NCBI RefSeq assembly: GCF_009914755.1 | Contig: NC_060928.1 | Reading direction: 5' to 3' (one strand) | DNA: 64,000 nt | Origin: the human T2T-CHM13v2.0 reference genome, Homo sapiens | Shown: positions 53,235 through 64,000 of the stretch, one piece after another | Layout of the letters: every line of letters starts with the position of its first letter | How positions within the stretch are numbered: position 1 is the stretch's first letter | Notes under the pieces: model-generated | What the model was told of the DNA's origin: nothing | What the model saw: the letters and a program-made list of their open reading frames with translations, nothing else | Database searches by the model: none | Position numbers and translations under genes: made by a program

Positions 53235-54309
53235 AAGACATATTTTTATATACCTCATAGTTATTCATTGTAAAACCAATTTTCTCCTTGTCAAATGTAT
53301 AATGAGAAATGCCTAATTATAGTCTATCTGTGCTAGTTGTTAAGTATAAAAACTATTTTGAAAATAACTATTGTTAGATAAATAGACTCATTGCCTAACT
53401 TATACGTGATCAATATCTATATTAATCCTTCCTAAATATTACTCATTTTCATTTTCTGAAACACCTGTTTCTTATGTTGCTCAGTATTTTTGAAGTTTTC
53501 TTCCCCCACTGGAGAGCATCAGTTCTACCAGATGCACTAATAGAAGGATTTGCTGAGCCCTTGCTGCTTAGATAAATGGTCCTCTGTCAGAGCCCATTGT
53601 TTTCTTAAGATGTTTCCCATACATTTCCAGTTAATCTCCTTTAGCTTCAATTGGCCAAAGCTTGTTTCTGTGGCTTGCAAGAAAGCTAAATTAACTGATT
53701 CCACTGATAGTTAGAAAAACGGATTGAGAACAAGTTCTATAATCTTTATCAATTTTAAATGGTCACTTACTTTTGTAGCTTATTTCACTGATGATGGGTG
53801 CAGTTTGAAGTCGTAAAAGTAAATTAAAAAGTGATCGGGTTTTGTACTGACAGTAATATTATCTTTACACCGTTTTCAAAATAAAGATAAATTATTCACA
53901 TGATGACATTTTACAGCATTTCATGATAATTCTGACATATGATTTTGGTGAATATTGTGTATACAAAAATAGATTTCATAGAAATACAAATAATTAAATT
54001 TATTCTTTGGAGGGTTATTGACATTGCTCTAGTATAAGCAAAATTTGGTCATAGGTGTAGTGTTACATTGATCTTTTTTATAAATATGTGAATATTATAT
54101 TTATTTGTTCTACTTATCCTTTCATTGTGCAGTATTCTACAAAATAAATTATTTCAAGTAGATGTAAAATTCCATTCAAAGAAGTACACGGAATCTTACT
54201 TTTGCCCGTTAGGTAACTTTTTAATTTATTCCTTTAATGCTGTCTTCTCTCTTGGGCTTTCCAGTTTAACTTTATAATCAGATCTGTACAATGGCATATG
54301 TAGGAGCTT

Positions 54310-54520
54310 TCATATCTTTGTTCTATCACATACCCGTCATGCAATTTTTGGCAAGTTGCTTAATCTCACTAAGCCTCAGTTGCTTCATGTATATATATAT
54401 ATATATATATAAAATATCCATTTCTAATTTTTGATGATAAAATTAGAAAATTTATCTAAAATGCATAGACAATTTAACTACGATGTGACTGATGCATATT
54501 AAGAATTCAATAGTTAGTTC
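54310..54520 (+). mobile_element. MIR containing an internal (TA)n run
   Basis: 'ttggcaagttgcttaatctcactaagcctcagttgcttcat' core, followed by (TA)n at ~54390-54411. Confidence 0.7.
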
Positions 54521-56174
54521 TCCTAGGTGGAATTTTTAGTTGATGCCAACTGATATAGTAAGTGATGTGTTTAAATGAATGAAAACAGAGATAACTAAGA
54601 ATGGATGGGAATAATTCTCTGGTTATCTGGGGTGAGATAAAATGTATTTTGAGTGCTCAAAACTTTTAAAAATCTCCTGTAAAGTAATTGAAAAGATAGT
54701 AAAGATTATGTACTACATTGGAAAATCTGCTTAAGAAAATCCTTTTTTTCCTTAACTATCTATGTGACTTTTTACAGGACATTTTACTTGAATTGTCTTC
54801 AGGAGATATAAGAACTGAGTCTAATTTAGTGCCATATTTTTAAATAGCATATGTATTCATGATGGTACAATAAGTAATCACTTCACAAAACTCTTTCCGA
54901 TCAGAGTTTGATTTTTTCTCCTATGATTGAATTGCTTTAAAAATAAAATTTAGGAATACAATAGCATTTTTGTATAATACAAAAGTAATTTTAGAATTAA
55001 AAATATCGAATTACTATACTATGTGCTAGTTGTTTACAAAATTATCAAGTAGGAGATATTACATTGGTTATCTTTATAATTTTATATATAACATTAATTC
55101 TTTGATACAAATCCCATTGTAAAATAACAAAAATTTTACATTTTTCAAAGTTTCTGTTGTAATCTTTGAATAAAAACAAATAAACAAGCAACAAAAAAAA
55201 TTCTATGAACTCAAAAATAACTAAGAATAAGAGATGTATAATTTTGAATCAATGGTTACTTTTTGGTTACCATTACCATGCACGATATAAATAGTTCAGT
55301 TTGAAGAAAGAAGAAACACACTTGGCCCTCAATTGCTTGCTACTAAATTCCTTTGTACAGGTGTTTCTGGTTCATTTTCTGTCATTTCATTTTACAGTTG
55401 ATCACATATAATTTTATATATATCTTTAGATTCTTTAAAAATTTAACTAGACTCAAAGCACAACATGTTTATAACTATGTAATTTTACATATGCTAATTT
55501 GTTTTTCTCACAATATTTCACTTGGAAAATGTAGTCTTTTCTTCTTTTACTTTATTTTTTAAATTATGCAAAGTAAGTATGTGACTAAAACCCAGAGCAA
55601 AACTCTTCTTAAGTTATTGTTACAAGATAAAGATAGACTAAGTGGGCATGTAGGAAAAGTTGAGTGCACTTTAAGAGTTAGTCATTAATTTAAACATATT
55701 AATTTTATCTGCAAGAAGAAATGCTAATGCATTGGTGTACAAAATGCTATACATAATAAAAAGCTAACAACCTTCAGGGTATCCATTCACCATAAAAGTA
55801 ATTTCACACCTAGTCTATTATGTAATGTGCTATGAAAATAGCTCTTTGCTTCAAGATATTATTATATTAGCTTGCACGAAAAATTGGGTTCGCCTCTCTG
55901 AAATGAAGATTGCAAGCATAGTAATAATCAAACACCGGGACTTGATCGATGAATTCATTCTTATTTTCCATGTTTAGAAAAATTATTGTTTCCGTAGTAA
56001 CCCAATTATAAGAAAGTAAATAGAGGAAAAGAGATAAAACTATTTGTTAGCCATACATCTCTATATTCAATGGGAGGGTAGAATAAAATGCATGGCAATT
56101 TCATTGCATTGACCTTCTTTCCTAGATATTTCCTTTTATCAATTTCTGGCAGGAACGTCAAATAAGAATATTCC

Positions 56175-56476
56175 TTTTTTTTTTTTTTTTTTTCAGACAG
56201 AGACTCCCTCTGTCACCCAGGCAGGAGTGCAGTGGTGCAACCTCAGCTCACTGCAAACTCCGCCTCCTGAGTTCAAGCGATCGATCTCCTGCCTCAGCAT
56301 CCGGAGCAGCTGGGATTACAGGTGTGCATCACCACACCCAGCTAATTTTTGCATTTTTAGTAGAGAAGGGGTTTCACCATATTGGCCAGGCAGATCTCGA
56401 ACTCCTGATCTCCAGTGATCCTCTTGCCTCGCCTCCAAAGTGCTAGGATTATGGGCGTGATCCACTGTGCCCAGCC
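56175..56476 (-). mobile_element. AluS
   Basis: Antisense Alu with a T tract. Confidence 0.94.
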
Positions 56477-57061
56477 AAAAATACTCACTAGTAAAAACAT
56501 CATCTTACACTGACCACATGCAGTTTGACACTGAATGATAATGAAGAAACTGGCAATCACATTTGAATAAAATATATATTTCAAAAAAGAATACAGTTAG
56601 GTAAAATAATAGAAGCCTCACATAGTATCTAAAATGTTTAATTTTGTATATTAGAATTCACCATTTGAATTTTATTTACCTAATATTATTATACAAAGCT
56701 TCCCCCAATTCTGTTAAGTCACACTAAGGAAACAAAAAAAAAATTTTTTTGACCAAGAGAAGATCCTCATTTTCCACTTTTATTTTTATTAATTTTTCAT
56801 CAATATTCTATTTGGAATAGATTGGATTAACTGGTGATTTAAAAACCGATGTGTAGTGTTTCAATCCCTGGGTTAGCAAGTTTTTTATTTTTATTTTTTT
56901 ACATATCCATAGTTTACTGTCATAACAGGAAAAAAGAGGAAATAAAAGGAAGAAAAAAAAACCCATTGGATTTTTGAAGAAAAGCTGATGACTATAAAAC
57001 AATTTAAAGTCTACTAGATACTACTTCAAGATAAGACACAGTACTTAAATTTAATGTTATT

Positions 57062-57423
57062 TTATACATATAAATATATGTAAATAAATATATATATATA
57101 TAATTTTATATATATACATATATATATATTTTTTTGAGTCAGAGTCTTGCTCTGTCACCCAGGTTGGAGCACAGTGCTGCAGTCTCTTGGCTCACTGCAA
57201 CCTCCACCTCCCGGGTTCAAGTGATTCTCCTGTCTCAGCCCCGAGTAGCTGGGATTACAGGCATGTGCCACCACGCCCAGCTAATTTCTATATTTTTTAG
57301 AGGAGACTGGCTTTCACCATGTTGGCCAGGCTGGTCTACAACTCCTGGCCTCGCCTCAAGTGATACACACACTTCAGCCTCCTAAAGTGCTGGGGTTACA
57401 GGCATGAGCCACCTCACCAGGCC
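57062..57423 (-). mobile_element. Alu (old S/Jb-like) whose tail has become AT-rich (TA)n
   Basis: Alu body at 57131-57423. aaatttaa..tt.tttata flanks both sides as a degenerate TSD. Confidence 0.92.
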
Positions 57424-59787
57424 AAATTTAAGATTTTTATAAAGCATAGACTGCACAGTTTTATGGGAAAAGGTATTAATAAATAAATATACTGTAATTT
57501 ATAGATGAATTTATGTCCACAAAACTTTTCTTGTATATGTGTCTATGATTCCTTAATAATTAGGTTTGTAAACAAAACATGTGAGAAAAAAATTAATTTT
57601 AGGTAGAATATAATTGTTTTATCTATATTCAGATACTGTGTTGATTATTTTGATTGATTACTGTTTATTTTTATTTGTTGATTGTTTAATTTGGTAATGG
57701 TAAATATGATACTTGATAGCAGGCTCATTATATCATGAAAAATTATAACTTTTAACTTTAATGATATTTTAGTGTAATAGTACAAAATGTTTCATAATAT
57801 TGGGCTCATATTGGCTCCTGGTATAACCATGCAAATTATCGATAACAATATGCAGATACTTAAAATCAACTTTCAAAATTACTAAAGTATGCAACAAAAT
57901 GAACTAAATGATAATATTTTTACTTTAAAAAATAGAACTATGCTTCTGAATCTAAAACTTTTCAATTTATATTTCTTATTTCATTTGGAAAACATTAGGA
58001 AATAACATTTATTTTGACCATATTTAACATATATATTAAATAGAAAAAAGTAAGCACAACTATTTAAAGATAATAAGTCAGTAATGCCCAACAACCTATA
58101 TGAGGCCTCTAATTATTTTTCTATTAAAATAACATGGAGTAATATTGGGCTAGGTAACTCTGACAACAAACCTGTAAAGCCAAAAAGAAAATCTGCCACA
58201 ATATATCTATTTACTAATATTCATTCAAAATATCAAAGACCTAATGAAAGGGTAAAACAAAAGGATTATGGGACAAAAATTTAGGGAGATGATGGGAATA
58301 TGGAAGTTAACCAAGCATTTTGGAACCTCATGTTCCTTAAATCAGTCTGCTAATTCTCAGAGATACCTGTTAGGATAATAAGGAGAAAAGGGTCTTTGAG
58401 AGAGTCATAAGCCTAAGAACATAAAAACTGCAGATCAGGTTATGTCAAGGTAGGTCCTTGTAAATCTCTCTTATTTTAGGCTTAGACTTTTGGGGTCTAC
58501 ACTCAGAAATCTACTGTTCCTATAATTAAAATAGTTCTTAAAGGAAATTAAGTTTAACTTTTAATCCTCTTAATTTCTGAAATTGAAATAAAGATTATCC
58601 CAGAGAGAAAATATAAATCCTTCTTTTGAAAAACCAGTATATCATCCTAAGCTTCTCATTATTTCTACATTTTCTTAAATATAGTTTTAGTCATTCAATT
58701 AAATAAACCAGGCAACTATACAATGATCCAAACCAAGAGTTAAAAGAGGAAACAGAAACAAACCCATAGAAATGTCTAAAAATTTGACTTTTTAAATGCA
58801 AACTCTAAAAGAAAACCCACAAACCACAAAGTAATAAAAATGCAATAACAAGGCACATCAGAGTAAAACTGCTGAAAAGTAAAAATATTGAGAAAATCTC
58901 ATAAGTAACCAGGAATAAAGATGAATTACACTCATGGGAGCAACAATTATATCATCCTCCACACAAATAACAGAAATAAAATAAATATGGGAAAGAGAAG
59001 ACAGTGGAAGGATGCATTCAACGTGTAAAGAAAAAGTTATCAACCCAGCCAAAATATTTTATAACACAAGTGAAATAAAGTCAGCTTTAGAGACACAAAA
59101 ATTTTAGAATTTGTTACCAATTGGCACACAGAAAAGGAAACAGGAAATTATATTTTTCAGGAAGAAAGAATAATGTCCAGATGATAGCACAGAAATGTAG
59201 AAAGACATTTGAAGATTGTAAATATGTAGACTAAGAGAATGTTAACCTTATAAAATAAGAGATGCATGAATACATGTGTTAGAATTTAAAACACTAAAAT
59301 AATTGCATATAATTTAGGCTTTGCAGAAAATGGAATTTTAAAAAATCTGTTAAAGACTTTGTGTTATCTAAGAAGAAGAAAACAAAAGAGCAAAGTAATA
59401 TTAGGATTTCCTTAGCCAAGAAAGTATGATTCAGTCTGTACACAAACATTGAAAAACAACGTTGAACATACAGACACATGTATACCACAAAACTGCCAAG
59501 CTAATTATAGAAGGAACATAGAATAATAAAGCACATCAATTCATCAAAAAGACAGAGGAAAATAAACATTGAATAAGTAATGCAAATAAGTCACCATATA
59601 ATAAGTTACTGTACTTAAACTAATATAGATTAGAAATCAGGTTAAGTGTAAATTAACTAACTGCTCAAATGTAAAGAAAAATAATTGACAGATTGTTAAA
59701 AACTATGTGCTATTTATAAGAAACCTGTATAAAATATAAAGACGTAGAATGTTTGGAAGTTGAGTGATAGACCAAGATATGTTAGGA

Positions 59788-60326
59788 ATAGTAGACAATC
59801 TCTGAGATGGCCAACAATGATTCTCACCTCCTGTTCACATAATATCTCATGTGTAGGACAAAATTATATTATCATATTTAATAGAGTTGACCTGTGTTAC
59901 CTGTAGAATTTCGAGGCAATGTCAGTGTTCCATAGTCTAGATTATAAAACATATTATGATTTTTACATTGTTCTCTTTTGGATTGCTTATTCTGGAGGAA
60001 GGCAGCCTTCATGTCAAGAACACGCAAGTATCCTGGAGAGAGGAAAACTGAGAAGAAATTAACACTGCATGCCAAGATTCAGCACACTAATTCTAACCAT
60101 GTTGAGAGTCAATTTTGAAACTCATTCCTTAGCCACTGTCAACCCTTCAGATAACTGTAGCCCCAACTAATATCTTGATTGCAAACTCTTGAGAGATGCT
60201 GAAGTTGGAAAAGTCCAGCTAGGCTGCTCAATCACACAAATTGTGAGAAATAATAACTGGTTATTGCTTTTTTTAAGCCACTTAGTTTTGGGATGTATTG
60301 TTACACAGCAACAGATAAATGATTTA
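59788..60326 (+). mobile_element. MLT1F-like MaLR LTR
   Basis: 'gagatggccaacaatgattctcacctcctg', 'ccttcagataactgtagcccc', and the end 'taagccacttagttttggg..ttgttacacagcaacagataa'. Confidence 0.82.
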
Positions 60327-60623
60327 CCATGTAAAGAAACAACAACAACCTACAATGAAACAATGAGTATATCTATATTGATAACCAATAAAAAGGCTTT
60401 TAGCCAAAAACCATTACTAGAGATAAATAGGGGCATACCATAATAATTACAGGATCTACTCACCAAGAATATATAAAAATTCTAAATATCTGTGCTCACA
60501 ATAATAGAGTTTATCGGTAAAGCAAAGGGATAACTGCCTCTCAATCCAATAAAGCTACATATTCACAAGTAAACATTACCTGCAAAATATCTACATATTT
60601 AAAAAATAATACATAATAAAATC

Positions 60624-61309
60624 TGAGAGACCAAAATAAACATTCCTTTATCAACTAAGATGGACCTTAAGGTTAAATAAACAAAAGTTACCTATGAGTA
60701 TAACGTTCAGGGCAGCTAGCATGGAAACTCCCTAAGTTCCTATGGCTACAAGAGAAAACACACTGTCGTTAAATTTCATAACAATTGGAGCTATCAGGCC
60801 AATGATCAGACCCCCCCATAACTCTGATTTACAGCCTAGACCACTACAACTCTGAACAAAGGATCAGCCTTGCAAACCTTCTTTTTTGTTTTTTTATCAG
60901 CAACTGCAGACCTTAAGCCAGTTTCAGCCAGTTTATAGGGGCTGCACACAAACTGTCTTTGTGTCCTATAGTTCACTACCTGAAACAAAAAAAATTCCAC
61001 CTTACTTCAATGCTAAAACCCTGCTCCAAAGTGAACATGAAACGTATGTTACATATATGTTTACCCATTGTGTATGTGTTGCGCTTTCATAAATATGCAT
61101 AGCTTTTCCCCTAAGCCTGATGAATATGTGTGACTCTCTTTTATAATATGGACCCTGTGAGGCATAAAACCCAAAGCCCTTCCCGTCTTCAAAGAAAGAG
61201 CACATTCAATCCATGCCGGAGACTCTCTCCTCCCGATTTTCAAACTGATTATCATCAATAAAACTATCCTTTCTATTATTTAACCACACTGGTGGTCTTT
61301 TGAATGACA
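60624..61309 (+). mobile_element. ERV1 solo LTR (MER39-like)
   Basis: TG...CA termini (tgagagaccaaaata...tgaatgaca), TATA-like 'gcataaaac' and polyA 'caataaa'. Flanks aatc/aata. Confidence 0.8.
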
Positions 61310-61923
61310 AATATATATTGCATATGTAATATAAGTAATATATAAATAATACTATATTATTGGCCAGTGACAAAAACACCCTAGAAATTAGGTTATATTT
61401 TTGACTGTGTGATATGGAGAATACTACAAATCAAAACAGTATTAAGTAATTAAAGCCATTTTCAGAGAGAAATACATAGTCGTAAATATATTATACACTG
61501 AGAAAAATAGATAAAAAACTTGAGGGTATATTAAAGAAGGCAGAAAAATCACACTTTATTAAGCCTACAGATAGAAAAAAATAATAACATAGAAAGTAAA
61601 ATTAATAAAATAAAAGCATAAAATATATATTATCAAAGAACAAATTGATACTCTATAAAATGATAAAAATTTTAACTTTTTGGTAATACTAATAAAAATT
61701 AAAAATCAAGGTGCAATAATTATTGACAGAATAAAGAATAGGTAGGTCATCACTATAATCCTGTGGACAATCAAAAGGCAATAAATTACTACTATGAAAG
61801 CATAGTACCAAAATAAGAACATTTAGATTTCATAGAGAAATTACTAGAAAAACACATCTTAAAAAACTGAAAAATATAAATACAGTATCTGAATATTCTA
61901 TTACTATTTAAGAATCAGAAATA

Positions 61924-62219
<296 letters not shown>

Positions 62220-62659
62220 TAGAAACCCTAAATAAAACCATTTCTACAATCAAAACTACAGGCACTGATGGCTTCCCCAGACAATTGTAACAGTAATCTA
62301 TTTAAAGGAGTGATTTCAAAACACAAAAACGTTTTCAGAAAATGAAAAGAGTGAAAACATCATCAGCTCACTTTCGTGTTATCAAAAGCTGACAAGAATA
62401 TTAGAAGAAAGGGTAATGCAAATCAACATTCAAAACTTTAAAGCAATTAGCAAATGGAAATTATTTTATTGGACGGTAAGAAACTAATTTCCTCAATTTT
62501 ATTTCTGCAAATATTGGCATTATCTATCACCTAGTTCTTTTTTATTCAGTTTAGAATTTTTTTTGGAAGTTAAAATATTTTTTAATGCCAGTCAACTTCA
62601 TGAGCTAAAAGTTCTGACTGCATTTTTTTTCTAAGACTTGCCTTTTCCTCTATGAGTAC

Positions 62660-63005
62660 TTAGGCTCTTGTGATTGGTCTAACAGTTTGGTCCACAGTAA
62701 TCTACATATCTCCATGAAAGTATTTTATAGATGTGATAAACATTTATAATCATTTGGCTTTAAGTAAAAGAGATCAACCTTTTTAACATACATAAGCCAC
62801 TTCCAATCAGCTGAAAAACTAAAGGGTAAAAGCAGATCTTCTGCTGAAGAAATTCTGCTTTGAAATTGTAGTCTTTGTAAATTTTAGACTCAAAACTAAA
62901 ACAGTAACTCTTGTCAGAGTTTCCAGTCTGCTAGCCTGCCCTAGGCATTTCGTACTTGTCACCTGGCAAAATCTCATAAGGGAATTCCTTAAAATCTGTC
63001 TATCT

Positions 63006-63051
<46 letters not shown>

Positions 63052-63195
63052 GTCTCTCTTTCTCTCTCTCTCTCTCTCTGCATCCATTTATAATCTATCT
63101 AGTCTGCCATATTATACATATATATCTTCATATTATCTATATTCATATCTATCTCATCTTGGTTATGTTTCTCTGGAGAAATCCTAATTGATACA
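62660..63195 (+). mobile_element. MLT2 (C/D-like) ERVL LTR
   Basis: 'agatgtgataaacatt..ctttaagtaaa', 'ccaatcagctgaa', and the end 'ttggttatgtttctctggagaaatcctaattgataca'. Confidence 0.85.
63007..63079. repeat. (TATC)11 tetranucleotide STR followed by (TC)n
   Basis: Perfect TATC run at 63007-63050, then a TC run. Confidence 0.96.
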
Positions 63196-63719
63196 GACAT
63201 GTTGGAGTTACCAGTTTCTTTGTGTCCGTGGCTTTAATCTTTCTAGAAGCCTTCTGGCAAGCTAGAAGGATCTAGAACAGTTCGTTATCCTTTCAGAATT
63301 CTTAAATTTTGAACGATAATCACATGCATATTGGAAATCCCCTAGTTTTAGTCTATCTCCTTCCTACAAGTGTATTATCATGGTCAAGCCCTTGTTTTGG
63401 AGAAAAACAGCTTAATTATCCAAGCCTTGGAATTTGTAAACTCTCTATTCCACTTTAGTTCTATTTGCATATCAGCTTATTCTATTTTGAGCGCATCTCT
63501 TTCCTGTGTACCTTAGTGATACAGCTAAGAGTAACTAAGAAACATTGCCAATACTTTGCCTTGAAATCACCTCGCCCAATTTTAAAAATCCATCAGATAT
63601 ATTTTCTGAATTGTAAGATAATACAAGCCACTGCCTTTCCTATGAGAGTTTCCTTTTGACCTGCTGCCCTTCTAAGATACTGCTATGTATTTTATATTTA
63701 AGCTATTGGTACCAATATC

Positions 63720-64000
63720 TATATAATTCAATTTTGTCATAATAGTGCCATGTAAAAAGCCATCCTAAATTTCAGTAGCTTATGACAAAACGTTTACCCC
63801 CATGAGGGTTCTTAAGTGCAGGTGACTACAGTTTAGCATATTTAGTAGTTAGATGGCTGTGCTTTAGGTTGCAGTTGGTTTTGCTTTCTTCAAAGCTGAA
63901 GAATTAAGTTCACATCTGTTCTATTTTGTACTTACGTTTAAAGGGAAGCAGTTACTGAAGCATGATATTCCCATGACACCAGAATTATAAGAACAAACAA
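63720..64000 (-). mobile_element. Old MLT1-type LTR fragment
   Basis: 'cataatagtgccatgtaaaaagccatcctaaatttcagtagctta..caa' resembles the antisense MLT1 3' end. Confidence 0.5.

Overview
AT-rich primate (probably human) non-coding DNA, either intergenic or deep within an intron. I found no host protein-coding exon, RNA gene or CRISPR array. The window is a patchwork of interspersed repeats: about 11 Alu copies or fragments, several L1s of different ages, L2, MIR, one CR1/L3 remnant, many solo LTRs (THE1 x2, MER4A1-like, LTR12, MER39-like, MLT1, MLT2, ERVL) and DNA-transposon relics (MER46/Tigger4, MER58A, MER45, MADE1), plus microsatellites. The only long ORF (17265-18125) is the C-terminus of L1 ORF2p. 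The most notable non-routine structures are a 5'-inverted L1 with a duplicated junction piece, a complete LTR12 with a U3 deletion, two old local direct duplications of otherwise unique DNA, template-switch-like hairpins, a MADE1 palindrome and a few motif clusters that could be enhancers. I see no convincing evidence of a new biological system. Subfamily names are from memory of consensus sequences and need RepeatMasker/Dfam confirmation.
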